DNA from: Mustelus asterias
Taxonomy: Eukaryota
NCBI RefSeq assembly: GCF_964213995.1
Contig: NW_027590284.1
Coordinates: forward strand, 62,001 to 126,000
Length of the DNA: 64,000 bases
Direction: 5' to 3'
The notes beneath the pieces are model-generated. The model ran no database searches, was not told the origin of the DNA, and saw nothing but the letters and a program-made list of their open reading frames with translations. The translations under genes and the position numbers were made by a program. Positions 38,488 through 51,586 of the stretch are shown piece by piece (position 1 is the stretch's first letter; each line of letters opens with the position of its first letter).

Positions 38488-39516
38488 TGTTTTTTTAAAG
38501 TTCAGAGTAAAATAATTGTCACAATTTAAATATACAAATCAGCGATATTTATTTGTTTAACTGAGACTGGGCTGTTCAGGAGCAATGTCAGGAATCACTT
38601 CACGGAAAATAGAAATCTGGAATTCTGATCAGATTCAGTCAACAGAAAATTTAAAAACTGAGATTGTGAGAAGGTTGTGAGATGAGAGTGTGAAGGATTC
38701 TGGAATCAAGGGAGTTGGATGGATTTAACAAACAGATCAGGCAAGTCATCCTCAAACCCAAGAGACTACCAATGAAATAGGAAGTCAGGGCAGATCGGGA
38801 AGGTGGGGCTCTTTTGGTGTCATGCCCAAGGTACTCAGGTGACCAGGTGCCACTTGAGGGAGGAAGCTGGCGAGTCTTGTCCAACCAACAGGGTACATGT
38901 GTGGCCGTGTTAGTGAAGGGGCATTGGGTTGGCGGGGCATCAGGGAGCAGTGACCAGGAGAGAAAATGATTGATTTTATTCTTATTCTGCAAACAGCAGC
39001 TGGAGGTCTGAACACAGCCAGAGAAATGGGGGAGGGAAAACTGGGAGTGAAGGAAAGACACTTCACTGGATTCTGCGCAGGGAGATTGTGTGGGATGGGG
39101 AACAAAAATGTTCCACAGAAACTGGAATTGTCTGTTCTGAATTTCTATCCTGGATTTACCGTGATGACATTTGTAAACTCCTTTTCCAGGATATTGGAAG
39201 GAGAGGAAACTCAAACCTAACATCACATCAAGATCTGACGGAGCTATTTGCGGCATCGGGATTATGAATGCGGAAGGAGAAAGGATTTCTGTTCTGTCTG
39301 TGGGAAAAGATTTCAGACATCAGTGTGATTGGGAAAGCACCGAGACACACACACCCGAGTGAAGGTGTTCCAGTGAACTGACTGGAAAGAGCTTTAACCA
39401 GTGACACAGCCTGAAAAAACATCACACCATTCACATTGGGGAGAAACTGTACACGTGTTGTGTGTGTGTGGACGAGCCTTCAACTGATCAACAACCTGGA
39501 GAGGCACATCAGCACC

Positions 39517-40269
39517 ATGGAGAAACCGTGGAAATGTGAGGACTGTGGGAAGGGATTCAAATGGCCGTCCCAGCTGGAAATTCATCAGCGCACTCACACT
39601 GGGGAGAGGCCATTCACCTGCTCCATGTGTGGGAAGGGATTCAGAGAGTCATCCAACCTGCTGCAACACCAGCGAGTTCACACTGACCTGAGACCTTTTA
39701 AATGTCCAGACTGCGGGAAGGGCTATAAAAGTTCTGGGGACCTGATGTCCCATCAACGTGTTCACACTGACCAGAGGCCATTCAGGTGCTCTCACTGCGG
39801 GTTCAGGAAATCATCTGAATTCACTGTACACCAGCGCACTCACACTGGGGAGAGGCCGTTCACCTGCTCCATGTGTGGGAAGGGGTTCATTAATTCATCC
39901 AACCTGTCGAGACACCAGCGCACTCACTCTGATGCAAGAACTTTTAAATGTCCTGACTGTGAGGAGAGCTTTAAAAACAGTGATAATCTGCTGAGACATC
40001 GACGCACTCACACTGGAGAGAGACCATTCACTTGCTCCGAGTGTGGGAAGGGATTCACTCGATCAGCCGCACTGCTGACACACCGGCGAGTTCACAGCGG
40101 AGAGAGGCCATTCACCTGCTCCGAGTGTGGGAAAAGATTTACTTGTTCATCTCATCTATTGAAACACCAGCGCACTCACACTGTGGAGAGACCATTCACC
40201 TGCTTCATGTGTGGGAAGGGATTCACTCAGTCTTCTAACCTGCTGACACACCAGCAAATTCACAAGTGA
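39517..40269 (+). CDS. Type-B C2H2 ZNF, 9 fingers
   Basis: accATGg Kozak start, [10 protein letters not shown]; intact to HK*; acceptor tttccag/GATATTGG at ~39189; finger 4 has a 2-aa deletion. Confidence 0.88.
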   Translation: MEKPWKCEDCGKGFKWPSQLEIHQRTHTGERPFTCSMCGKGFRESSNLLQHQRVHTDLRPFKCPDCGKGYKSSGDLMSHQRVHTDQRPFRCSHCGFRKSSEFTVHQRTHTGERPFTCSMCGKGFINSSNLSRHQRTHSDARTFKCPDCEESFKNSDNLLRHRRTHTGERPFTCSECGKGFTRSAALLTHRRVHSGERPFTCSECGKRFTCSSHLLKHQRTHTVERPFTCFMCGKGFTQSSNLLTHQQIHK

Positions 40270-40569
40270 GTGCAGAGGTTGGAGTTCTCTGTTATTGCTG
40301 CTGTTGATCACATTGAGGATTAAATGTGTGGGTTAAACCTGAGGTGGGTATGAAATGTGTCCCAGCTGCTCTCTTCCATGGTTCAGAGCTCCGAGACATG
40401 GAACAGAGGCTCCTTTACAACTGTGTTTAGAGTCAGGAAGAACAACAGTGAATGCTGGAAACATGCTGTCAGATCAGAGATTGGTGTAAAACTGGGATCT
40501 GTTCCTGAGTGAGAGCGAAACAGCAGGTTTAAGTTTCCTGTCTGGAACTGATTGTGGTAATTATGGTAA

Positions 40570-40795
40570 TCATAGAATCCCTACAATGCAGAAGGAGGCC
40601 ATTTGGCCCATCGAGTCTGCACCGACTCTCTGTCAGAGCATCTTCCCCAGACACACCCCTCCCCGCCCTAGCCCCATAACCCCACGCATTTACCCCACTA
40701 ATCCCCCTAACCATAACATCTTGGGACATCTATGGGGCAATTTAGCATTGGTCAATCTGCCTAACCTGCACATCTTTGCACTGTGGGAGGCAACC
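40570..40795 (-). mobile_element. HE1 SINE 3' half
   Basis: CATAGAATCCCTACAATGCAGAAGGAGGCC.. is the reversed tail. Confidence 0.8.
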
Positions 40796-41494
40796 AGGGA
40801 GCATTTACATGGAGGTGGTGCTTCTACCCAGAGTGTAATGGTAATGCTGCTGCACTTTGATACGACTGCTCAGACATCAGACTGTGTCGGCTCTTATTGA
40901 TACTGAATAAAATCTAACCACTGTCACCAATAAGGGTTATCACTGGGAATCATTTCAGAGTTTGGGAAAAGAGAATAAAGGGTTAATGGACACCCCGAAT
41001 CCCAATTCTATAGATTAAAAGGATGTTCACAATGCTCTGGGCCCAAATGGTTTCTCTCCAGCTCCTCTGCACCTGTTACTGTGACTCCACACTTTGGGCA
41101 CATGGACTGAACCCCAGGGGTTCCGTCACCATCTGCCCCAATTGCCCGTCTCCTGCCCCGATTGGCTGGAGGCCCATTTCCCAGTCAGTCCTCCAGCACC
41201 TTCCTGTCTCTCTATCAGTGCGACGCCCAGGGCAGTTTCCCAACTGGGGCACAGGCCCCATTATTCTCAGCTAAATTCAGCTCTTAGCTCCATTGCCTGG
41301 CTGGCATTGACACGAGCAATAGAGACAGAAAGGTGCCCCAGGCTCAAGTGGGAACCTGAAACTTGTAGCTTTCAACAAACTCTTCAACATTTGTGCATTC
41401 AATACCTGTTTTTGTATGAGGTTGTTATTTTTACATTGAGGCACTGGAGGCGAAGAATAACTTTCCCTTTCTAACTTTGTATTGTCTGTTGTAT

Positions 41495-41937
41495 CAGCCA
41501 CGGCACAGTGGATCACACTCTTCCACAAGAAACTACCAAGGGTCATGAACAAAGCCCAGTCCATCACACAAACCAGCCTCCCATCCATTGACTCTGTCTA
41601 CATTTCCCGCTGCCTTGGAAAAGCAGCCAGCATAATTAAGGACCCCACACAACCTGGACATTTGCTCTTCCACCTTCTTCTGTTGGTAAAAAGATACAAA
41701 AGTCTGAGGTCACGTACCAACTGACTCAAGAACAGCTTCTTCCCTGCTGCCGTCAGACTTTTGAATGGACTTAACCTGCATTAAGTTGATCTTTCTCCAC
41801 ATCCTAGCTATGACTGTAACACTACATTCTGCACTCTCTCGTTTCCTTCTCTATGAACGGTATGCTTTGTCTGTATAGTGTGCAAGAAACAATACTTTTC
41901 ACTGTATACTAATACATGTGACGATAATAAATCAAAT
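41495..41937 (+). mobile_element. Rex1/Babar-like LINE 3' end
   Basis: Homologous to 14460-14700 plus 15530-15720; ends AATAAATCAAATC. Confidence 0.8.
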
Positions 41938-43097
41938 CTTCACTCTGAATCAGAAGATTGTTCTTTCCAATCCCAGTCCATTGACCTGAGGCCAACATTC
42001 AAAATGCCAGCACTGAGGGAGTGCTGCATTATTAGAGCTGCTGCCTTTAGGATGAGATGCCAACCCAAGTACCCCATCTGCCCCTTTTATCCCCAAAGTG
42101 ACCATTACCTGACATCAGAGTTGGGCTGATTGTGACATGACACTTGGTCAATTTGGTGACCAGATTAATTTAACCGGATCCCCAATTACTGACACCACCT
42201 TCTCTCATTATCTTAGACAGGAATACAATTGCACAGTTTCACACTAACCCTTTATCTGATTCTATACAATCAGGTGTTCAGACAATTTCAAATTTTGAGA
42301 CAAATCAGAGCTTGAAGGTCTCTCTTGAAAGTACATTTATCATCATTGCACATTCTTTACATACACAGCAATTCAGATTATAATTTTTATAGCAAATAAA
42401 ACTCAGTTTTTACTATAAGCTGACGTGACACTAATAGATAAACTTAAACATAGTGACTGATTCTTGATTGATTTATTAATTATAACTCAATTAAATCTCA
42501 CTACTTCTCCAATCATCTATTGCTGACTGCTAGCTAATTAATACAGTAATCTTCAAATAATAAACTTGGTTACTACAAGATAGACTAGTTCAAAAAGACA
42601 CTTTGTAGAAAGACAACAGCTTTCTTCCTTACTAATCCTGACCAGACTGAACAATGAACCTTATTCTTCAGCTGGACTTTGGAAGAATATGATATCCTGT
42701 AGCTTATCAAAATTAGAAAATAATTTCTTCCTTTAAACAATTTCTGCCGGCTCTGCGGTTTCTGGAAACATTTCAGGTTATTCAGTGTTAATATTTTAAA
42801 ATAAAGATCTAGCCTTTACGATATAGTTGTCTATTACCCTGAGTCACCAACGATATCTTAATCAAGGTTCATTACTGAATAATCATATGTTTCATGACTG
42901 GCTGTTAATATAAAATCAATTTATAGCGAATAACGCCAACTGACAGAAGGTGAATAGACTGTTAGAAGCCACATGTTTTGAGTTTAAAATGGTTTCCTTG
43001 ACCTTGTTACTTATAGCAATGAATATGGTATAAAAATGATTGAATTTTAAAACTAAATTTGATTACCCAGGTCTGCAGTTTCCTCCATTTTACAACA

Positions 43098-43445
43098 GTC
43101 ACCACAAACTGGGCGCAGTATTCCAAATGCGGCCGAACCAATGTTCTATACAACTGCAACATCAGACCCCAACTGTTATACTCTATGCCCCGTCCTATAA
43201 AGGCAAGCATGCCATATGCCTTCTTCACCACCTTCTCCACCTGTGACGTCACCTTCAAGGATCTGTGGACTTGCACACCCAGGTCCCTCTGCGTATCTAC
43301 ACCCTTTATGGTTCTGCCATTTATCGTATAGCTCCCCCCTACGTTAGTCCTACCAAAATGCATCACTTCGCATTTATCCGGATTGAACTCCATCTGCCAT
43401 TTCTTTGCCCAAATTTCCAGCCTATCTATATCCTTCTGCAGCCTC
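43098..43445 (-). mobile_element. Internal CR1 fragment inserted in the ZNF 3' UTR
   Basis: LQKDIDRLEIWAKKWQMEFNPDKC..RPHLEYCAQF. Confidence 0.9.
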
Positions 43446-43476
43446 TCACAATAACAGCAGAATCCAACCCCTGTCA

Positions 43477-44418
43477 TCACTTGTGAACTCGCTGGTGTCT
43501 CAGCAGTTGCGATGACTGAGTGAATCCTTTCCCACAGTCAGAGCAGGTAAACAGTCTCTCCCCAGTGTGAACTCGCTGGTGTGTCCTCAGGTTGGATGAA
43601 TTACTGAATCCTTTCTCACACTGAGAGCAGGTGAATGGTCTCTCTCCGGTGTGAACCCGCTGATGTGTCTGCAGGTGGGATGACTGAGTGAATGTTTTCC
43701 CACAATAGGAGCAGGTGAATGGTCTCTCCCCAGTGTGCAATCGTCGATGTTTCTGCAGATTTGATGCATAAGGGAAACGCTTCCCACACTCAGGGCAGAT
43801 GAACGGCCTCTCCCCAGTGTGAACTCGCTGATGTATCAGCAAATAGGATGAATCAGTGAATCCCTTCCCACACTCGGAGCAGCTGAACGGTCTCTCCCTG
43901 GTGTGAATTCGCTGGTGCCTCTGCAGGTTGGATGAATTACTGAATCCTTTCCCACACTCGGGGCAGATGAATGGCCTCTCCCCGGTGTGAACTCGCTCGT
44001 GTGTCTGCAGGTGGGATAACTGAGTGAATCCTTTCCCACACTCTGAACACGTGAACCATTTCTCCCCGGTGTGAACTCGCTGGTGCATCAGCAAGTTGGA
44101 TGATTCACTGAATCCCTTCCCACAATCGGAGCAGGTGAATGGCTTCTCCCCGCTGTGAACTCGCTTGTGTGTCTGCAGGTGGGATGAACTTGTGAATCCT
44201 TTCCCGCACTCGGGGCAGGTGAATGGCCACTCCCCTGTGTGAACTCGTTTGTGTGTCTGCAGGGAGGATGAATGAGCAAATCCCTTCCCACACTCCAAGC
44301 AAATGAACGGCCTCTCCCCAGTGTGATTACATCGATGAGTTTCCAGTTGGTGTGAGAAATTGAATCCTTTACCACAGTCTCCACATTTCCACGGCTTCTC
44401 CATGGTGCTGGTGTCCAT
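43477..44418 (-). CDS. Type-B C2H2 ZNF, 11 intact fingers
   Basis: [12 protein letters not shown].. uninterrupted to HK*; acceptor ttacag/GATATCAG at 44754. Confidence 0.92.
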   Translation of the reverse strand: MDTSTMEKPWKCGDCGKGFNFSHQLETHRCNHTGERPFICLECGKGFAHSSSLQTHKRVHTGEWPFTCPECGKGFTSSSHLQTHKRVHSGEKPFTCSDCGKGFSESSNLLMHQRVHTGEKWFTCSECGKGFTQLSHLQTHERVHTGERPFICPECGKGFSNSSNLQRHQRIHTRERPFSCSECGKGFTDSSYLLIHQRVHTGERPFICPECGKRFPYASNLQKHRRLHTGERPFTCSYCGKTFTQSSHLQTHQRVHTGERPFTCSQCEKGFSNSSNLRTHQRVHTGERLFTCSDCGKGFTQSSQLLRHQRVHK

Positions 44419-45234
44419 GTGTCTCTCCCAGTTTGACAGTCAGCTGAAGCCTCATCCACAACAAAACACCCGAACGGTCTCACCCCAATGTGACTGGTGC
44501 TGTCTTTTCAAGATGTATTGGAGTTTTTTTCCACAGTCAGTTCACTGGAATGCTTTCACTCCGATCTATGTGCGTCCATGCTTTTCCAATCACATTTATG
44601 GTTGAAATCTCTTGAAGCAGAAGAACAGACAAATATTTATCTTTGTAGATTCCAAAGGCTGATGTTGCCCAGGTCCCGATGAATGGAGTTAATCTGTCAG
44701 ATCACCATGAGTATTTGTTTTGAGATTTCTGTCTGGAAATCCTCTTCTGATATCCTGTAACACGAATTTCCAAAATTCATCACTGTCAGTGCAACTTAGA
44801 AATTCAGAAAAGACAATCCCAGTTTTTATAGAAAATTCTTTACTTTTCCCCATTATTCTTACCCTGCTGTATCCCACTATACACCCTCCCAATTCTCCTA
44901 AAGGTGCCAATTCATGTTGGTTAATGAATCCATGCTCATCACTTCCTGTTCAAATGTGTGTAATGTGCAGCACTCATTACTTGGTTGGAGATATAGTGGG
45001 TTCAGCGAGTGATCATGATCTGGAACTGGGTGTCCACGGATCTGGTGGCAGTGAAAGCAATTAAAGATTTCAAACTGAAATTGGAGGCACACTTGAAGGA
45101 AATAATCTTGCAGGAGAATGAGTATATGGAGGGGCAATGGGTCTGACTGGATTGCTCCACAGAGAGTTGACATCGACTCCTTCTCTATCGGAATAACGAT
45201 GCCTGGAAATATATTAACATAGTTACAATGTTCT

Positions 45235-45762
45235 CATAGAAAGCCTACAGTGCAGAAAGAGGCCATTCAGCCCATCAAGTCTGCACCGACCACAATCCCA
45301 CCCAGGCCCTAACCCCATATCCCTACATATTTACCCACTGATCCCTCTAACCTACACATCTCAGGACACTAAGGGGCAATTTTAGCACGGCCAATCAACC
45401 TAACCCGCACATCTTTGGACTGTGGGAGGAAACCGGAGCACCCGGAGGAAATCCATGCAGACACAGGGAGAATGTGCAAACTCAACACACACACTGACCC
45501 AAGGCCAGAATTGAACCCAGGTCCCTGGAGCTGTGAAGCAGCAGTGCTAACCACTGTGCTACCGTGCCGCCCCATTCTATTACAAGACTAGAATTATAGA
45601 ATCCCTACAGTGCAGAAGGAGGCAATTCAGCCCATCCAGTCTGCACTGACCACAATCCCACCCAGGCCCGATTCCGTAACCCCACTTAATGACCCTGCTA
45701 TTCCCATAGTCACCAGGGTCAATTTTACCACGGCCAATCAACCTAACCCGCACATCATTGGA
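45235..45762 (-). mobile_element. Full-length HE1 SINE (45235-45573) plus a 3' fragment (45593-45762)
   Basis: GGGCGGCACGGTAGCACAGTGGTTAGC head on the minus strand. Confidence 0.9.
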
Positions 45763-45764
45763 CG

Positions 45765-45897
45765 AACCTGTGTTAGAGATATTAAAAAGGCACAGCACCA
45801 TGTGTTTGACACAAAGCCAATTTATTTGACTATTATCCACAATATTAACACCTATAAATGGACTGTTGTTTATTAACAGCAATGGAAACAGACCCAT
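45765..45897 (-). pseudogene. Orphan ZNF-family 3' UTR with poly(A) signal
   Basis: Matches 62540-62660 and 21650-21770: GGGTCTGTTTC..GTTAATAAAC..GTTAATATT..GATAA..GTCAAATAAA. Confidence 0.7.
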
Positions 45898-45899
45898 TC

Positions 45900-47960
45900 G
45901 AACATAATAATTAGGAACAGGGGGAGGCCACTCGGCCCCTCGAGCCTGTTCCGCCATTCAATAAGATCATGGCTGATCTGATTGTAACCTCAACCCAACA
46001 TTCCTGCCCACTACCCTCACCAATAATCTTCCATCTCCTTGTTAATCAGGAGACTATCTTGCTCTGTCTTCAAAATATTCCAAGATTCTGCTTCCTCTGC
46101 CTTTTGAGGAAGAGTTCCAAAGATCCATGATCCTCTGAGAGAAAACACTTCTCCCCACCTCTGTCTTAAACACATTTTTAAACAGTGTCTCCTTGTTCAA
46201 AATTCTCCTGCAAGAAAAAAAAAATCATCCTTTCCACATCAACCCAGTCAATAGCCCTCAGAAACTTAAAAGGTTTCAATCAAGGCCCCTCTTACTCTTC
46301 TAAACTCCAGTGGATACAAGCCTAGACTCTCCAATCTTTCCTCATAAGACAACCTGCCTATTTCTGGTATTAGTCTGGTAGACATTCTCTGAACTGCTTC
46401 CAATGCATTTACATCTTTCCTTAAATGAGGAGTTCAATACTTTAACAACACTCCAGATGTGGTCTCACCAGTGTCCTGTATGACTGAAACATAAACTCAC
46501 TTCTTTTGTAACCAATTTCCTCACAATAAACAATGACATTCTATTAACTTTCCTCATTACTTGCTGTACCTGCATTCCAGCCTTTTGTGATTCATGCACT
46601 AGGACACCTCTGAATCTCAGAGCTCTGCAACCTCTCACCATTTAATGTTTTTTAAAAATTTGGCAGGAATTCCTGCCAAAATTGATAATTCCACATTTGC
46701 CCACGTTATACTCCATTTGCCAAATCTTTGCCCACTAGCTGAACTTATCTACATCCCTTTGTGGCCTCCTTACATCCTCTTCACACTTACTTTTCTACCT
46801 TTGTGTCCTCAGCAAATTTAGCGACCATGCTTGCATCCAAGTCATTTATATAAGTTGTTAAAAGTAGAGGTCCCAGTTCTGATCGCTTTGGCACATCACT
46901 CGTCACATCCTGTCAACCAGATAAAGATCCATGTGTGCCAACTCTGTTTCCCGTTAGCTTGCCAATCTTCTTTCCATGCCATATTACCCCCACACAGAGA
47001 TTCTATTTTCCACATTAAGCTTTGATGTGGCAGCTTATCAAATGCATTTTGGAAATCTAAGTACAGTACATTCACCTTTGCTGCCCCATTATCCAATATA
47101 TAAAGTCACCATCTCCCAGATGTCCCCTTGAGAGGGAGAGCTGACTGGTGGTCACTTAACCTGAGGATCATAAATTCATAAGATATAGGAGCAGAATTAG
47201 ACCATTCGGCCAATCGAGTCTGTTCCACCATTCGATCATGGCTGATAACCTCCTCATCCCCATTTTCCTGCCTTCTCCCCATAATCCTTCAACCCCATTA
47301 CCAATTAAAAATCTGTCCAACTCCTCCTTAAATTTGCTCACTGTCCCAGCATCCACCACCCTTTGGGACAGCGAATTCCACAGATTCACAACTCTTTGGG
47401 AGAAGCAGTTTCTCCTCAACTCTGTTTTAACTTTGCTGCCCCTTATCCTAAGGCTATGACCTCTCATCTTAGAATGCCCCAGAAGAGGAAGCATCCGTTC
47501 CACGTCTACTTTATCCACACCTTTCATCATCTTGGATCATCACACCTCAGGTGAGGGGCAAGATTGAGGAGACGGCACCTTCATGAATAACCTTGGTTGG
47601 CACGAGAATTGAAACTGTGCTGTTGGTGTCGCTGTGCATCACAAACCAGCCACCCGGCCAACTGAGCTAACCGACCCCCTTTATCCAAAGTATATGTGAC
47701 TCCTTCAAAGAACTCCAATAAATAGGTTGAATATGAATTCCCTTTCTCAAACCGTGCTGACTCTCTGGTTGTCTGAATTTTTCTCATTCTCATGATATCT
47801 TTAATAAAGTTTTAATATTTTCCCTACATCAGGTTTTATATTAAGTGGTCTTTAGTTTCCTTTTTGCCTCCCTCCTTTTTTTGAATAAAGGAGTTACATT
47901 TGCTACTTTGCAATCTACTGGAATCTTCCTCAAATCTCGCGACTTTTAGATAATTAAAAT
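45900..47960 (-). mobile_element. Stack of decayed CR1 fragments
   Basis: LYLDFQNAFDKLPH, LLEFFEGVT, FSQRVVNLWNSL; CR1 tails at 45900 and 47175. Confidence 0.8.
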
Positions 47961-48085
47961 GGTGCTATTTCCTTCCATGTTCAAAATTCTCTGCCGTTCA
48001 GGTTACAATACATTGTGCAATTCCATCCAATCCTGATCTGATGTTTTGTGCAAGTTTCCTGACCCCAAATCCTCCCCTTCTAAGA
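47960..48085 (-). pseudogene. 5' stub of a type-A ZNF exon fused behind the 3' UTR of the 48201 gene
   Basis: TTAGAAGGGGAGGATTT..TTGAACATGGAAGGAAATAGCACCATT, then cut by CR1; paralogue of 800-925. Confidence 0.7.
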
Positions 48086-48200
48086 CCAATTATATCAACA
48101 CCTATAACAGAGCTGGAGTCACTTTTCAATTCAGCAGAAACAGACCCAAAGGTACATGATTCAGTCTGAACATGAAAACAACAAAATCCAATCACAATAG

Positions 48201-49070
48201 TTACTTGTGAACTCGCTGGTGTCTCAGCAGATTGGATGACTGACTGAATCCCTTTCCACACTTGGAACAAGTGAACGGCTTCTCCCCGGTGTGAATTCGC
48301 TGGTGTGTCAGCAGAGTGGATGAGTGAGCAAATCCATTCCCACACTGGGAGCAGGTGAAGGGTCTCTCCCCAGTGTGAGTGCGCTGGTGTACAGTGAGTT
48401 GAGATGATTGCTTGAACCCAGTCCCACAGTGAGAGCACCTGAATGGTTTCTCATCAGTGTGAACACGTTGATGGTAGTGCAGATTTACAGAATTTTTAAA
48501 GCATTTCCCACAGTCTGGACATTTAAAAGGTCTCTCATCAGTGTGAATCCGCTGGTGTGTGAAGAGGGTGGCTGACTGAGCAAATCTCTTCCCACACTGG
48601 GAGCAAGTGAATGGCCTCTCCCCAGTGTGAATTCGCTGGTGTAATGCGAGGTTGGAAGACTGAGCGAATCCCTTCCCACACTGGGAGCAGGTGAACGGCC
48701 TTTCCCCAGTGTGGATTCGCCGATGTTTCAGCAGATGGGATGAGTCAGTGAATCCTTTCCCACACTGGGAGCAGTTGAATGGTCTCTCGTCAGTGTGAGT
48801 TCTCTGGTGTATGTGTAAGCTGTTTGACTGAGTGAATCCCCTCCCACACTGGGAGCAGGTGAATGGTCTCTCCCCACTGTGACTGCGCCGATGAATCTCC
48901 AGCTGGGAAGGGTAATCGAATCCCTTCCCACAGTCCCCACATTTCCACAGCTTCTCCCTGTTGCGACTGCAATTATGTTCCGAAAGGCTGGATGATTGGT
49001 TAAAGTCTTGTCCACACACAGAACACGTGTACAGTTTCTCTTCACTGTGAACGGTGCTATTTCCTTCCAT
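48201..49070 (-). CDS. Type-A C2H2 ZNF, 9 canonical fingers plus 1 degenerate finger
   Basis: [16 protein letters not shown].. intact to HK*; acceptor tttcacag/GGTTTTAG at ~49179. Confidence 0.92.
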   Translation of the reverse strand: MEGNSTVHSEEKLYTCSVCGQDFNQSSSLSEHNCSRNREKLWKCGDCGKGFDYPSQLEIHRRSHSGERPFTCSQCGRGFTQSNSLHIHQRTHTDERPFNCSQCGKGFTDSSHLLKHRRIHTGERPFTCSQCGKGFAQSSNLALHQRIHTGERPFTCSQCGKRFAQSATLFTHQRIHTDERPFKCPDCGKCFKNSVNLHYHQRVHTDEKPFRCSHCGTGFKQSSQLTVHQRTHTGERPFTCSQCGNGFAHSSTLLTHQRIHTGEKPFTCSKCGKGFSQSSNLLRHQRVHK

Positions 49071-49730
49071 GTTCAAAACACAATGATATTCAGGTTACAA
49101 TAAATTGGCTAACTCCATCAGGTTTTGATATAATATTTGGTTTCAGTTTCCCAACTGCAAATCCTCTTCTTCTAAAACCCTGTGAAATTGATTTAAAACA
49201 GAAAAAAGGAAGTGAGAGAGAACCCACAAAAACACAAAGGCAGTTTGTGAAATTGAGCTGAATGAATCTGGTCATTTGTGGGGCTGGCACTCGGAAAAAG
49301 TGATCATGAAAACTGCTGGATTGTCATAAAAACCCAGCGGGTTCACTGATATCCTTCAGGGCAGGAAATCTGCCACACGGTCTGGACACAAGACTCTGGA
49401 CACTGAGAGAAGACAGAGAGAAGTAGGAGAAGTCGGGGTGAAGGAGAGGGATTTTGTACATTGACAACTCAATGAGAACTTTGACAGAAAGTTTCCCAAA
49501 CCCTCAACCTCCACCCACCTAGAAGGACCAGGGTAGCAAATAGATGGGAACACCATCACCTTCAAGTTCCTCTCCAACTCACACACCATCCTGACTTATC
49601 TGACATCCAGTACTAAAAGAACAGAAATTTCTTTCATATAAACACTGGGAAGACTGAACCCATTGTCTTCAGTGTCAAAGTGAGGGAGCTAAAGGATGTC
49701 AATGTCTTTGAGCGAGAAAGAAAAAGATAC

Positions 49731-50420
49731 CTGGGCCTCGTCTTGCTCCTAATTCCGATGTTGTCTGTTTCCTTTCCAGAGTCTACAGCCTCCCTGGATT
49801 CACTTCCTTTCCCTTCAGTTGTTGCAAGTCCCCAATTTCCCCCAGAATGAGAAAAGAAATGGAAAGGATGAAACATTGATTTCCTCCCAGATGTTGTCCA
49901 GAGGCGGAAGTTTCACTCTGAACATCGTTGGCCAACTTCCGCATTGAGACGTCACAAAGGAACCGAGCCTGAATTAGCCAATAGGAATAAGTCTGTACCG
50001 ATGTGACGTCCTGGAGTTCCAGTGCGCAGGCCCGGGCGCGCAGACATGGGAGCCCCGCCCCCTCCCATTGATTCCCCCGCCCCCTGCCATCTCCTCGAGC
50101 CAAGGTTTCCAGGCAACCGGCTGGCGGTTCCGGCCAGAGCGAGAAGCCGCGCGGTGATCTCCCCCTCCCCCCTCTCTCGACGGCAGCGGTTGCTCCAAAA
50201 AGAGATCGAGAGCGACCGCTGGCGGCAGCCGCACTGCGCCTGCTCCGGACAGCTCGGCTCAGCAGCGCTCTCTGCGCCTGCTCCGGACAACTCGGCTCAG
50301 CAGCGCTCTCTGCGCCTGCTCCGGACAGCTCGGCTCAGCAGCGCTCTCTGCGCCTGCGCGCTGGGCTGCCAGCTGAGGGAGTGGGGGAGGGGACTTTGCA
50401 AAATCTCTTCCCATCATTTT
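49731..50420. promoter_or_regulatory. CpG island, bidirectional promoter and exon 1 of the 48201 gene (donor at 49731)
   Basis: GGCGGAAGT, GACGTCAC, CCAAT (49978), GTGACGTC, GC boxes and NRF1-like repeats. Confidence 0.75.
50235..50360 (+). repeat. 38-bp tandem repeat x3.3 within the promoter
   Basis: TGCGCCTGCTCCGGACAGCTCGGCTCAGCAGCGCTCTC at 50235, 50273, 50311 and (partial) 50349. Confidence 0.95.
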
Positions 50421-50469
50421 CTTCCACGTCCCGCAGTTTGATTTGAAACAGAACAGCTTCTGTTTGTAG

Positions 50470-51097
50470 CTTCACCACAGACTCAAACTTCACACACAGA
50501 CTCCAACTTCACACACAGACTCAAACTTCACCAGACTCAAACTTCACACACAGACTCAAACCTCACACACAGACTCAAACTTCACCACAGACTCCAACTT
50601 CACACACAGACTCCAACTTCACACACAGACTCCAACTTCACCACAGACTCAAACTTCACACACAGACTGAAACTTCACCACAGACTCAAACTTCACCACA
50701 GACTCAAACTTCACCACAGACTCAAACTTCACCACAGACTCAAACTTCACCACAGACTCAAACTTCACCACAGACTCAAACTTCACACACAGACTCAAAC
50801 TTCACACACAGACTCAAACTTCACCACAGACTCCAACTTCACCACAGACTCCAACTTCACCACAGACTCCAACTTCACCACAGACTCAAACTTCACCACA
50901 GACTCAAACTTCACCACAGACTCAAACTTCACCACAGACTCAAACTTCACCACAGACTCCAACTTCACCACAGACTCCAACTTCACACACAGACTCAAAC
51001 TTCACACACAGACTCAAACTTCACCACAGACTCAAACTTCACACACAGACTCAAACTTCACCACAGACTCAAACTTCACACACAGACTCAAACTTCA
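50470..51097 (+). repeat. 18/19-bp minisatellite, ~34 copies
   Basis: CTTCAC(C/AC)ACAGACTC(A/C)AA units. Confidence 0.97.
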
Positions 51098-51549
51098 TCC
51101 TCTGGACAACATCTGTGAGGAAAACACTTTCTTTCTCCCCCTGGGAAATACAGAGACAGAGAAATTCTCTGGAACTGGAATTAGAGCCAAAGATACTGAG
51201 GGAGAAATGTTTGTGATTTTGTGGAACCTGTTTTAATTGTCTGAGCTTTTTAAAGTGTAATTTATCTTGTCTATTCAAATACTGTTTCTTAATGCATGAT
51301 TCAGTGATGTTAATTTTAGATTAATTTTTAAAGTAAAATTTTTTTTAAATGAAACATTGTCTTTGTTTATTCGATTGGGATTTGTGGGAATTTGTTCATT
51401 ATAAGGTGACCATGAGGATCGTAACAACATTGATATGTCTGGTGTTGTTATATGGTGTGGAGATGCTGGCGTTGGACTGGGGTAAACACAGTAAGAAGTT
51501 TAACAACACCTGGTTAAAGTCCAACAGGTTTATTTGGTAGCAAAAGCCA

Positions 51550-51586
51550 CACAAGCTTTCGGAGCTCTAAGCCCCTTCTTCAGGTG
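51550..51586 (-). ncRNA. Minimal hammerhead ribozyme motif
   Basis: CAC-CTGAAGA-AGGGGC-TTAGA-GCTCC-GAAA-GC-TT-GTG. Confidence 0.8.

Noticed and set aside
39361-39400. Selenocysteine-containing zinc finger (UxxC) as a firm call
   Set aside because: This and other copies have frameshifts and extra stops around the TGA, and no SECIS was recognised. Kept only as a minor alternative in the fossil-finger finding.
42130-43095. AT-rich tract as a solo LTR (also 1-585)
   Set aside because: Suggestive TG..CA words only; no TSD, PBS, PPT or second copy in the window.
43477-44418. Assigning mammalian ZNF gene symbols
   Set aside because: These look like lineage-specific paralogues; similarity is confined to the generic finger scaffold, so orthology cannot be claimed.
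50470-51097. CRISPR-like array or a VVKFES repeat protein (ORF 50795-50998)
   Set aside because: Units are contiguous with no unique spacers, the context is eukaryotic, and the ORF arises only because the unit is 18 bp.
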